A stretch of 64,000 nucleotides of DNA, taken from Gemmatimonadota bacterium (GTDB taxonomy: Bacteria > Gemmatimonadota > Gemmatimonadetes > Longimicrobiales > Gaopeijiaceae). Positions 52,204 to 61,840 of the stretch are shown here, in pieces (position 1 is the stretch's first letter; each line of letters starts with the position of its first letter). A program made the position numbers and the translations under genes. The notes under the pieces are model-generated. The model saw only the letters and a list, made by a program, of their open reading frames with translations, made no database searches and was not told the DNA's origin. Location: contig JAXHMG010000003.1 of assembly GCA_034521595.1 (NCBI GenBank), positions 576,001 to 640,000 of the forward strand. Direction: 5' to 3'.

Positions 52204-52935
52204 GTGTTTCCGCTTCGCGACGACAACCCGACGGATATCTTTCCCGTCATGACGGTCCTCGCTATCGGGGGCACGGGCGCCGTCTGGTGGCTCGTTCAGG
52301 GGGCGGGCATCTCGGAGACGGCACTCGTTGCCTCTATCTGCCGCTACGGCGTGATCGCGGTGGAGTTGACCGGCGGAGAGCCCGGGGCCGATGCCGGTCC
52401 CTGCACGCTCGGTGGGCTCACCTGGCAAGCCGTGTTCACCTCCATATTCATGCATGGTGGATGGGCCCATCTGATCGGCAACATGTGGTTTCTCTGGATC
52501 TTCGGGAATAATGTGGAGGATGCGCTGGGTCATGTACGGTTCGTGATCTTCTACCTCGTGGCCGGGGTGGTGGCGGCTGGTGCTCAGATCGTCGCGACGC
52601 CGGAGTCGCAGGCTCCGATGGTGGGCGCGTCCGGTGCGGTGAGCGCGGTCATGGGTGCGTACGTGCTGCTCTATCCTCGGGCTCGTGTGGATACTTTGTT
52701 CGTCTTCTTCGTCTTCGTGAGACTCCTCCCGTTGCCTGCGTGGGTCATGTTGGGATACTGGATCGGGCTCCAACTCCTCGCATCGACGCTCGCCCCCGCG
52801 GACGGTGGGGGCGTGGCCTATATGGCTCACATCGGGGGGTTCGGCGCTGGTCTCGTGCTCGTGACGCTTCTGATGCCGCCGCGACGCTCGCGACGTGGAC
52901 GGCGCCCGCGAAAGCGCGGCGGTCGGCTCCGGTGA
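52204..52935 (+). CDS. Rhomboid intramembrane serine protease
   Basis: PLRDDNP, FMHGG..HL.GNM, GASG, AHIGGF. Confidence 0.93.
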   Translation: MFPLRDDNPTDIFPVMTVLAIGGTGAVWWLVQGAGISETALVASICRYGVIAVELTGGEPGADAGPCTLGGLTWQAVFTSIFMHGGWAHLIGNMWFLWIFGNNVEDALGHVRFVIFYLVAGVVAAGAQIVATPESQAPMVGASGAVSAVMGAYVLLYPRARVDTLFVFFVFVRLLPLPAWVMLGYWIGLQLLASTLAPADGGGVAYMAHIGGFGAGLVLVTLLMPPRRSRRGRRPRKRGGRLR

Positions 52936-53780
52936 CGGAGACCGCGATGAGGGTCGCGCCGGTCGTCGAGCACATCCGGGAGCGGACCGATACGCGCCCG
53001 GAAGCGCTGGTCGTGTTGGGTTCGGGCCTCGGTGACGTCGAGCGTCGTATCGGGGACGCGACCGTGATCCCGTTCAGTGATCTCCCCGGGCTCCCGCGTC
53101 CCTCGGTGACCGGGCATGCCGGGCGATTCATCATGGGCCGTCTCGGAGGGTCGCCCGTCCTCGTGCAGTCGGGGCGGTTCCATGCTTACGAAGGACATCC
53201 CATGGCCTTGCTGGCGCTTCCCGTCCGTGTGGCGTCGGATCTCGGTGCGTCGATCCTCCTGGCCACGAACGCTGCCGGAGCGATCAGGGAAGACTTGGAA
53301 GCTGGATCCCTGGTGCTCGTCGACGATCACCTCAACCTCATGTCGGCGAATCCGTTGGTGGGGCCCGTGCATCCCGGTGAGGAGCGGTTTCCCGACATGA
53401 GCGTTCCTTACGATCGGGAGCTGGCCGATGCGGCCGAGAACGAGGCGGGTCGTTTGGGATACGATCTCCGCCGTGGCGTCTACGCGGCCATGCTCGGTCC
53501 GTCGTACGAGACGGCTGCGGAAGTGCGCATGTTGGCGGGGCTCGGTGCCGATGTCGTAGGAATGTCCACCGTGCCGGAGGTTACGACCGCCCGGGCCCGC
53601 GGCATGCGCTGCATGGCGTTGTCCATGGTCACCAACGCCGCTGCCGGGCGTGGGGAGGGCGGCGTGAGCCACGCGGAGGTCCTCGACGTCGCTCGGGCCA
53701 CCGCTGGCCGCTTGGCCGACATCGTGACCGGGGTGCTCGCGAGGATCGCGGTGGCTCGTCAGTCGGGGGAGGCGAAATGA
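52932..53780 (+). CDS. punA: Purine-nucleoside phosphorylase
   Basis: VLGSGLG, GH.G, GRFH.YEG, TNAAG, GPSYET.AE, VGMSTVPE; start 52932 or 52947. Confidence 0.93.
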   Translation: MTETAMRVAPVVEHIRERTDTRPEALVVLGSGLGDVERRIGDATVIPFSDLPGLPRPSVTGHAGRFIMGRLGGSPVLVQSGRFHAYEGHPMALLALPVRVASDLGASILLATNAAGAIREDLEAGSLVLVDDHLNLMSANPLVGPVHPGEERFPDMSVPYDRELADAAENEAGRLGYDLRRGVYAAMLGPSYETAAEVRMLAGLGADVVGMSTVPEVTTARARGMRCMALSMVTNAAAGRGEGGVSHAEVLDVARATAGRLADIVTGVLARIAVARQSGEAK

Positions 53781-54556
53781 TTGACCGGACCACGTCCCCG
53801 TCCCCGACCCCGGGCGGTCTCGATGGAGCGTGCGACGAACCCGAGCGCCCGCTCGACCGCGTCGGCGAGTGGCTGGCCGTGGCACAGCCCGGCCGCGATC
53901 GCCGCGGAGAGCGTGCACCCGGTTCCGTGTGTGTGAGGGGTGGCGATGCGCGCCCTGCGCCAGACCGTTTCGCGCGTGCCGTCCCAGAGGATATCGACCG
54001 ACTCGTCGTCCGCGAGGTGCCCCCCCTTCACCAGCGCGGCGCTCGCACCCAGGTCGACGAGGGCGCGCGCGGCTTCCTTCATCTGCTCCTCGGTGCCGAC
54101 CGGGCGTCCCGTGAGGATCTCCGCTTCGTGGAGATTCGGCGTGACCAGGCTGGCCAGGGGGAGGAGGCGGTCCCTGACGCTCGCTTCCGCGTCGCGGTCG
54201 AGAAGGCGGTCCCCGCTCGTCGCGACCATGACCGGGTCGAGGACATATCGGTCGATGCCGTGACGGATGACCGCGTCGGCGACGGCCTCCACCAGCTCCG
54301 CGGTCGCGAGCATGCCGCTCTTCATGGCATCGGGGCGGAGGTCCTCCGCGACCGCGTCGAATTGGGCCCGGACGGTTTCGAGCGGAATGGGGTGGACGGC
54401 GCTCACACCCAGGGTGTTCTGCGCCGTCACGGCCGTGATCACGCTCGTGCCGTAGACACCGAGTTGGTGGAATGTCTTCAGGTCGGCCTGGATCCCCGCG
54501 CCGCCTCCCGAATCGCTTCCGGCGACCGTGAGGGCGGTGGGGTGGGGGTCGTACAT
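53759..54556 (-). CDS. thiD: Hydroxymethylpyrimidine/phosphomethylpyrimidine kinase
   Basis: AGSDSGGGAGIQADLKTF, DPVM, TPN..EA, HGTGC. Confidence 0.96.
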   Translation of the reverse strand: MYDPHPTALTVAGSDSGGGAGIQADLKTFHQLGVYGTSVITAVTAQNTLGVSAVHPIPLETVRAQFDAVAEDLRPDAMKSGMLATAELVEAVADAVIRHGIDRYVLDPVMVATSGDRLLDRDAEASVRDRLLPLASLVTPNLHEAEILTGRPVGTEEQMKEAARALVDLGASAALVKGGHLADDESVDILWDGTRETVWRRARIATPHTHGTGCTLSAAIAAGLCHGQPLADAVERALGFVARSIETARGRGRGRGPVNHFASPD

Positions 54557-54602
54557 GCGTTTCGTCAGAGCTCCTCGGAGATTTCGTGCGGGGGCTGTTA
54601 AG

Positions 54603-55379
54603 GTGACGCAGACCGCGCCGCTTAGCCAACGGGCGGCCCGCCTGATCGGAAGGCTCAAGACCAGGAAAGGGCGTCGCCGGGAGGCACTCGTCCTCGTGGA
54701 GGGGACCCGAAGTGCCGCCGCAGCGCTCGACGCGGGGGCTGCGGTGCGGCTCGCGCTCACATCACCGCGCTTGCTGACCAGAGAGGACGGTGCCGGGCTC
54801 GTCGATCGCCTCGCCGCGCTGGACGCCGACGTGCGTCACATCGACGATGGCCGGCTGGAGGACCTGTCCGACACCCAGGCACCCCAGGGGATCTTGCTCG
54901 TTTGTGAGGAGCCGCACGCGACGCTCGACCAGCTGAACGTCGGCTTGTGGCTCGTGCTCGATGCGATCCAGGACCCCGGGAACGCCGGCACCCTCGTGCG
55001 CGCCGCCGCCGCGTTTGGAGCCGACGGCGTCGTGGCGCTCGACGGTACCGTGGACCCTTGGAGTCCGAAAGCGGTAAGGGCGTCGGCCGGTCTCGTCTAT
55101 CGCGTCCCGGTCGTGCGTGCCACCCTGCCCGAATTCATCGCCCACGCAACGCAGGCGGTAGTGGAGGTGCTCGTCGCCGATGCGGGAGGGGAAGACGTGG
55201 GCGGCCTCGAGCGCAAGGGCGCGCTCGCGCTCGTTCTGGGGAATGAGGGCGCGGGGATCCGCGCTCAGCTGGCGGATGCGGCCGGCCGCACCGTGGCCGT
55301 GCCGATGCGGGGACCGGTGGAGTCCCTGAACGTGGGGGTCGCCGGATCGATCCTCCTCTACGCGCTCTCGCTGGAGTAA
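54603..55379 (+). CDS. TrmH/SpoU RNA methyltransferase
   Basis: QDPGNAG...R.A, LGNEG.G, ESLNV. Confidence 0.93.
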   Translation: MTQTAPLSQRAARLIGRLKTRKGRRREALVLVEGTRSAAAALDAGAAVRLALTSPRLLTREDGAGLVDRLAALDADVRHIDDGRLEDLSDTQAPQGILLVCEEPHATLDQLNVGLWLVLDAIQDPGNAGTLVRAAAAFGADGVVALDGTVDPWSPKAVRASAGLVYRVPVVRATLPEFIAHATQAVVEVLVADAGGEDVGGLERKGALALVLGNEGAGIRAQLADAAGRTVAVPMRGPVESLNVGVAGSILLYALSLE

Positions 55380-55384
55380 TACTT

Positions 55385-56197
55385 TTGGTCGACACGTGGT
55401 TGGTATCGGCGGTGGCCGGACTCTTCGGGCTCGCCTTCGGGTCGTTCCTCAACGTCTGCTCGTTGCGTTGGCCGGTGGACGCATCCGTCGTTTCGCCCCG
55501 TTCCCACTGTCCGGGCTGTGAAGAGCCCGTGCGGTGGTACGACAACATTCCGTTGCTCAGCTGGCTCCTGCTGCGCGGCCGGTGCCGGTGGTGCGACGAG
55601 CGGATCTCGATTCAATATCCGCTGGCGGAGGTCGCCATCGCCCTCGTGTGGGCGGGGGTCTTCGCCGCCCATGGGCCGTCGTGGGAAGCGTTGCGCGGCG
55701 GCCTCTTCCTCTCGGTCTTGTTCGGCATCGCGATGTCGGATGCCCGTTACTACATCATTCCCGACCAGTTTTCCGTCGGGGGCGCCGTGCTCGGGGTTGC
55801 ATTGGCTTTTCTGCCGGGCGGGATCACCGTGTTGGAATCGATGGTGGGCGGTGCGGCGGGTTTCGCCGTCCTCTGGGTCGTGGGGGTGGCGGGGACCTGG
55901 ATTATCCGACGCATCATGCCGGGCCGTCTCGAGGAGGCGGGCGTGGATCAGGCGATGGGGGGCGGCGACATCAAGATGATGATGATGGTCGGCGCGTTCC
56001 TCGGCGTGTGGGGCGTCGTGCTGACACTGTTCATCGGATCCCTGCTGGCGCTTCTCGTGTTCGGCCCCATCGCCTCGATGTCGAAACGCCTGATTCCCCT
56101 CGGCGTGTTCCTGGCCGCGGCCGCTGCCGTGTCGTACGCGTGGGGGGAGCCGATGGTCGAGTGGTACGTGACGCGGGTGGTCGGGCTTTCCGTGTAG
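55385..56197 (+). CDS. pilD: Prepilin peptidase/N-methyltransferase
   Basis: GSFLNV, SHCP.C, DNIP..SW..LRGRC..C, IPD, MGGGD.K. Confidence 0.94.
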   Translation: MVDTWLVSAVAGLFGLAFGSFLNVCSLRWPVDASVVSPRSHCPGCEEPVRWYDNIPLLSWLLLRGRCRWCDERISIQYPLAEVAIALVWAGVFAAHGPSWEALRGGLFLSVLFGIAMSDARYYIIPDQFSVGGAVLGVALAFLPGGITVLESMVGGAAGFAVLWVVGVAGTWIIRRIMPGRLEEAGVDQAMGGGDIKMMMMVGAFLGVWGVVLTLFIGSLLALLVFGPIASMSKRLIPLGVFLAAAAAVSYAWGEPMVEWYVTRVVGLSV

Positions 56198-56376
56198 CAT
56201 AGTGTCGATGTCAGGGTGCGTTCACGCTGACGCGGCGGACTCGCGGACCGATGGCGGCGATCGAGACCCGAGTTGCTGCCCGAGCAGTGGCGCAGTTGCA
56301 CGCCTCGCGTGGGTCACTTATACGTCAGGTGAGGTGTCCCGCTACCCGCTCCGGTCAGGAGATCCGAAACTGCATC

Positions 56377-58689
56377 ATGTCGACTCTCCTGCAGCTCAAC
56401 CGTCCGGAACCGGTGCTTCGTCATGGCGTGGACACGATCGACCCGTCGCCATTCCGTCGCCCGACCGTCCTGCCTCGATTCGTCGCGATCCCGGCCATGG
56501 CGGCCCTGGCTGTCGGTACGCTGCTCGCCTCCCCGCACAACACCGTTGCCCAAACGCGCGAACCAGGCTTCACGGTTGAGCAGGTGCTCGCTCCGGCCTT
56601 CCCCTACGACCTCACCTCGGCCCAGGACACGGATCGTATTGCGTGGATGGAGACGGAGCAGGGGGTGCGGAACGTATTTACGGCAGCAGCCCCTGACTTC
56701 GCTCCCACCCGGCTGACTTCGTCCGTTGTTGACGACGGCGTCGACATCGGACCGCTCCAACTCTCGGACGACGGATCCGTGCTCACATTCATTCGCGGGC
56801 ACACGCGCAACGATGATGGCACGGTTGCCAACCCGGCGAGTGATCCGCTCGGAGGCCGGCGCGAGATCTGGGCGGTGAGCACCAGCGGGAACCGCGCGCC
56901 CTGGCGGGTCGTCGCCGCGGACGACATGCACCTCTCGCCTGACGGACGTTGGGTGCTTTACACGAAGGACGGACGGATCCACCGCGCGGCCGTCGATCCC
57001 GGAATCGCGGACGCGCCCAGCGTGGACGACGCGCCACCGCTCTTGCGCGACTTCGGTGTGCACAGCGATCCCGTCTGGTCGCCGGACGGCAAGAAGGTCG
57101 CATTCGTGAGCTCGCGGTACGACCAGCGGCGACCGTTTCCGCGCCAGGGTCGGGCCGCTACCCACACATTCATCACCGTCTACGACGTCGACAGCCGTCG
57201 CATCTCGTATATGGCCCCGAGCGTCGACCGTGACTCGAGCCCGATCTGGTCACCGGACGGGCGCCGCATCGCCTTCATCCGGAGGCCGGGACTCCCGTTC
57301 GGGCACTTCGCGAGCGCCCCGCCGGACCTCCCCCGCGAGCAGATCCCCGCGGGCTTGCTGGAGGCCGAGTTCCAAGGGGGCTACACGGCCTCGATCTGGG
57401 TTGCCGATGCGGAGACCGGAGAAGGCCGGGAGCTGTGGCACAACGCGCCGGGGGACAGCCTGTTCGCCGAGGCGAGCGACCTCCGCTGGGTGGGCGACCA
57501 TGTCCTGTTCGAGGCCGAGCCGGAGGGGTGGCCGCACTGGTTCTCGGTGCCGGTCACCGGGGCCGACGCCGGATCGTCCGGAGCGCGCCCGGCCGCCGAT
57601 GCCGTGCTCCTCACGCCCGGCGAGGGCATGGTCGAGCATGTCGCCCCCTCCGCCGACGGCCGGTGGCTCTACTACACATCGAACCGGGGCGAGCCGGAGC
57701 GCCGTGACCTCTGGCGCGTCCCCGTTGGTGGCGGAGCGGCGGAGCGGCTCACTCGAGGCTCGGGGATCGAGACGTTCCCGGCGGTGCTTTCGTCCGGCCG
57801 ACAGGTCGCTCTACTCCAAGCCGGCCCTCGGAAGCCCGTGTCGGTGGCGCTGGTGCCCTCGAACGGCGGGGAGGCGAGAATCATCGCGCCCGAGTTGCCG
57901 GCGGACTTCCCCGCCAACCGGCACGTGGAGCCAGAGACGGTCGCGATCACGGCGGCCGACGGCGTCACTGCGCACAGCATCCTCTTCCTTCCGCCGGACC
58001 TCCAGCCCGGCGAGCGTCGACCCGCGCTCGTCTTCATCCACGGGGGTCCGAGTATGCAGACGCTTCTGGGCTACCACCATCACGACGGCTCCCGGGGCTT
58101 CTATCAGATGACCTACGGGATGTCGCAATACTTCGCCAACAAGGGATACATCGTCCTGTCGGTGAACTACCGGGCGGGCACCGGCTACGGTCGAGCGTTC
58201 CGCCTCGCACCCGAACGTCGCGACCAGGGCAACTCGGAGTATCGCGACATTTTGGCCGCGGGTCTCTGGCTGAGGGATCGCCCCGACGTCGATCGCCAGC
58301 GGATCGGCGTATGGGGACTCTCGTACGGCGGCTGGCTTACCGGGCAGGCGCTCTCCCGCAACTCGGACGTCTTCAAGGCCGGAATGATCTTCGCCGGCGT
58401 ACAGATGCGGAGCGCCTCGCTCGATCCCGACGATCTCGCGTACCAGTCGTCGCCCGCCTACAACATCGAACGATGGAGCTCGCCGGTGCTCGTCGTCCAT
58501 GGAGACGACGACCGTAACGTCGAGTTCTCGCAGACCGTTGGCCTGGTCCAGCTCCTGCGCGCCCATGACATTCCGCACGAGGTGATCGTCTATCCCAATG
58601 AAACCCACTACTACCAACTCTTCTCGCGCTGGGTGAGGACCTTCAACGCTATCGACGATTTCTTCGATCGCACGCTGATTCGGAGGTAG
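56377..58689 (+). CDS. S9 family dipeptidyl-peptidase with beta-propeller
   Basis: WSPDG repeats, IHGGP, GLSYGG nucleophile, HGDDDRNV, ETH; start may be 56497. Confidence 0.9.
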   Translation: MSTLLQLNRPEPVLRHGVDTIDPSPFRRPTVLPRFVAIPAMAALAVGTLLASPHNTVAQTREPGFTVEQVLAPAFPYDLTSAQDTDRIAWMETEQGVRNVFTAAAPDFAPTRLTSSVVDDGVDIGPLQLSDDGSVLTFIRGHTRNDDGTVANPASDPLGGRREIWAVSTSGNRAPWRVVAADDMHLSPDGRWVLYTKDGRIHRAAVDPGIADAPSVDDAPPLLRDFGVHSDPVWSPDGKKVAFVSSRYDQRRPFPRQGRAATHTFITVYDVDSRRISYMAPSVDRDSSPIWSPDGRRIAFIRRPGLPFGHFASAPPDLPREQIPAGLLEAEFQGGYTASIWVADAETGEGRELWHNAPGDSLFAEASDLRWVGDHVLFEAEPEGWPHWFSVPVTGADAGSSGARPAADAVLLTPGEGMVEHVAPSADGRWLYYTSNRGEPERRDLWRVPVGGGAAERLTRGSGIETFPAVLSSGRQVALLQAGPRKPVSVALVPSNGGEARIIAPELPADFPANRHVEPETVAITAADGVTAHSILFLPPDLQPGERRPALVFIHGGPSMQTLLGYHHHDGSRGFYQMTYGMSQYFANKGYIVLSVNYRAGTGYGRAFRLAPERRDQGNSEYRDILAAGLWLRDRPDVDRQRIGVWGLSYGGWLTGQALSRNSDVFKAGMIFAGVQMRSASLDPDDLAYQSSPAYNIERWSSPVLVVHGDDDRNVEFSQTVGLVQLLRAHDIPHEVIVYPNETHYYQLFSRWVRTFNAIDDFFDRTLIRR

Positions 58690-58710
58690 GTGCTCGGAGG
58701 AGGTGTATCC

Positions 58711-60378
58711 ATGATGTTCCCATCTCCGTCAGGTCGGGCCGGCGCTGTTCTCTCCGCTGCGCTTGTACTGTTCGCGACCTGCAGCGTCGGGCTCATCCTC
58801 GCGGCGTGGTTCGAACCGACCGGGGATGGCCAGGGCGTCACGGTGGAGCTGGACGGTCCATCCTTCGGGAAACTCGACACGGTGACCTTCACGGAGGATG
58901 TTGCGCCTATCCTCTTCGAGAACTGCTCGTCGTGCCACCGTCCCAGCGGTCCGGCCCCTTTCAAGCTCCTCACCTACGAGGATGCCGCGTCCCGGGCAGC
59001 GGAGATCGCCGAGGAGACGGAGCGCCGCTACATGCCGCCGTGGCTGCCGACGCCGGGAGAAGTGGAGTTCGCTGGCGAGCGCCGTCTCGCAAGCAGCCAG
59101 ATCGAGACGATCCGGGCGTGGGTCGATGCTGGCGCCCCGAGAGGAGATCCCGCCCATCTGCCTCCCGTGCCGCCGTTCCATTCGAGTTGGCAGCTGGGTG
59201 AGCCCGATCTCGTGGCCTCGTTTCCCACCTACGAGGCTCCCTCAGCAGGCAGGGATGTCTACCGTAACTTCGCATTGCCAGTTCCCGTTGACACCACTCG
59301 GTATGTTCGCGCCGTGGATCTGCGTCCGGGCAACCCCGAAGTGGTGCACCACGCACGGCTCATGGTGGACTCCACGCCCTCCTCCCGGAAGCTCGATGCG
59401 GCCGATCCGGAACCCGGTTTCGACGGCATGGAGCTGCGCGGCGAAGCTACCAACCCATCCGGCCATTTCGTCGGCTGGACTCCGGGCCGGGTGCCGCACG
59501 GTGGGTACGAGGATCTGGCGTGGAGGCTCCAGCCGGGAAGCGACCTGGTCCTGCAACTGCACCTGAGGCCGACCGGGCGGCGGGAGACCATTCGGCCGCA
59601 GATCGGCTTCTATCTGACCGACGCTCCCTCTCGGTCTTCAGTCCTCGTGATGCTGGGAACGGAGGTGATCGACATCCCGGCCGGTGAGGCGCGTTATGAG
59701 GTCAGGGACTCGTTCACGTTGCCCGTGCCTGTGGAGGTCGTGAGCGTCTATCCTCACGCTCATTATTTGGGAAAGACCATGGAGGGGCTCGCCGTCTTGC
59801 CCGACGGGCGGACCCGTCGACTCATCCATATCGCGGATTGGGACTTCGACTGGCAGGACCAATACCACCTTGCCGAACCCGTGGCCCTTCCGGCCGGCAC
59901 CGTGCTCTCGATGCGTTACACCTACGACAACTCCACCGCCAACCCGCAAAATCCCAACGACCCCCCAGTCCGGGTCACATACGGCTCGTCATCGACGGAC
60001 GAGATGGCGGACCTGATCCTCCAGGTCGTGCCGCCAGGCCCGGCGGCGGCGGAGCGCCTGGACGAAGAGCTGGCGCGGAAGTACCAGCGCGGCGCTAGCA
60101 AATACTCAGCCTGGAAGGAGTACACCCTCGGACTGCAGGCCGCCGAGCAGGGGAGGCTCACGGTGGCCTTGGCGCACTACCGGGCTTCACTGCGTGAGCG
60201 TGACGATCCCCAGGTCCTGAGCGCCATGGCCGAAGTGGCGGTCGAGATGGACAACCCCGGATTGGCGATCCTGAGCCTGGAGCGTGCGATCCAACTGGCG
60301 CGACAGGCTCGCGACGAGGGGCTGGTCGAGGCGTTGCGCGAGCGGCTGGAGCGGTTGCGCGGCGGGGTGAGACGATGA
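58711..60378 (+). CDS. Heme-c domain fused to a copper type II (PHM/DBH-like) monooxygenase fold, with C-terminal TPR
   Basis: CSSCH and MPPW; VVHHA, PHAH and DEM copper ligands; WDFDWQ; helical C-terminus. Confidence 0.75.
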   Translation: MMFPSPSGRAGAVLSAALVLFATCSVGLILAAWFEPTGDGQGVTVELDGPSFGKLDTVTFTEDVAPILFENCSSCHRPSGPAPFKLLTYEDAASRAAEIAEETERRYMPPWLPTPGEVEFAGERRLASSQIETIRAWVDAGAPRGDPAHLPPVPPFHSSWQLGEPDLVASFPTYEAPSAGRDVYRNFALPVPVDTTRYVRAVDLRPGNPEVVHHARLMVDSTPSSRKLDAADPEPGFDGMELRGEATNPSGHFVGWTPGRVPHGGYEDLAWRLQPGSDLVLQLHLRPTGRRETIRPQIGFYLTDAPSRSSVLVMLGTEVIDIPAGEARYEVRDSFTLPVPVEVVSVYPHAHYLGKTMEGLAVLPDGRTRRLIHIADWDFDWQDQYHLAEPVALPAGTVLSMRYTYDNSTANPQNPNDPPVRVTYGSSSTDEMADLILQVVPPGPAAAERLDEELARKYQRGASKYSAWKEYTLGLQAAEQGRLTVALAHYRASLRERDDPQVLSAMAEVAVEMDNPGLAILSLERAIQLARQARDEGLVEALRERLERLRGGVRR

Positions 60379-60404
60379 GCACGGTGCACCGCGACGCTCC
60401 GCAG

Positions 60405-60452
60405 ACCTGACCCCCGGGGGCCAGGGTCAGGTTCCCAGTCCCCGGGGGTCAG
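60405..60452. terminator. Inverted repeats between convergent genes
   Basis: CTGACCCCCGGGG/CCCCGGGGGTCAG and the alternative ACCTGACCC/GGGTCAGGT. Confidence 0.5.
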
Positions 60453-60474
60453 CTCACCTGCTGCAGTCCTCCTC

Positions 60475-61778
60475 CTACCCGCTCACGTTGGGGTTCGTCT
60501 GCAGCTCGTTCTCGGATATGGGACGCAGAGATCACGGTCCGGTGCCAGGAACGTCTCGACACCCGACGCCGGATCCTCGAGCGGATGCAAGTCGCCAGGT
60601 GTGCCTGCCGCGTCCCAGCGCCGGAGATCGTTCAGCCGCCGGGCCTCGAGCCAGAGCTCGATCCCTCGCTCCCGCTTGAATCGGGTCCAGGCCTCTTCGA
60701 GGCTCGACGCCGACCATGGCTCCAGGGGCTCACCGGTCGTGTCGCTGATCTGGCTGGTCCGCAGTGCGTTGACGATCTCCATCGCCTCCTCCCACTCGTC
60801 GTCGACCAGCAGGGCCTCCGCCTCGATCAGCCGCATCTCACGCCCCGTGACCAGGTCCACGTTGTCGCCCATGGTCGTGTATTTGAGCTGGAACTTCCAC
60901 GGCACGTTGCCGATCCCCGGGCGCTCGACCTCGCCGAACGGGAAGTTGGGATCCTCGTTCCACTGCGTCCGCGGGTCGCCGGTGTCCGGATAATACTCCT
61001 CGTACGGGGTATTCCAGACCGAATGCACGCGGTAGGGCTGGTTCGCCACAAAGAACGCGATGTCGTTCCACTGATCCGGGTCCTCGATGGCAAACTTCGT
61101 CTGGAAGGCGAAGTCCTCCGGCACCTGGATCGCATCATTTACCGCGGGCCCCCAGTTCCCCAAAGTCATATGGGCGGTCGCCCGGCCGGCGAGCGCCGCC
61201 ATCTCGATCTCACTTCGATTCGTAAGCTCGGCCGCGTTCGTAAAGTGATCCACGGCCCCTTCCAGGTACCGGGTATGTGGCTCGGCCGGGCCACCGTTGA
61301 ACACGGCCTGACAGAAGTGCTCACCGGCCATCCGGTATGCGAAGCCCGCCCACAGATGGGCCTCGGCCAGGATTTCAGGATCCGCATCGATCTCGGCAAA
61401 TCGGCGGACCGCGTCGTCCCCGACCCAGATCGCATTGTGCACATCGGACCACATCCCGTTCGATTCATCCGGCTCGAAGATTCCCCGGCCCTGCGCGACG
61501 CTGATGTTCAGGTTCCCGGACGCCACGATCTCTCGAGTGGCGGCTGACGCCTCCAGGGCGACCTCGTTCCACGCGTCGGACAGTGCTCGCTGGATCCCAC
61601 CCACCACGGCGCCATGGGAAGCTGGGTTGTTGAGGAGGTCGTCAGCCACCGGACCAGGGTTGGAGACATCGAAGTCACAACCCGCGGTCGCAACCAACAC
61701 CATCAACGTTCCCAGCACCGTACGACGCCCGGTCCAGCCACCTCGATCCCGTTCGGCTCTATCGTCTTGGAAGCTCAT
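60475..61778 (-). CDS. RagB/SusD family lipoprotein (C-terminal frameshift near 60520-60522)
   Basis: Lipobox TAGC; LIEAEA; ERGIELWLE.RR..DLRRW; adding one C restores the typical P-I-S-E-N-E-L-Q-T-N-P-N end. Confidence 0.88.
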
Positions 61779-61840
61779 GATCCAGATCTCCCCCTCTCAG
61801 TCGCTGAATTCCATTCTCCACGGCTCGAATCGGTCACCGG

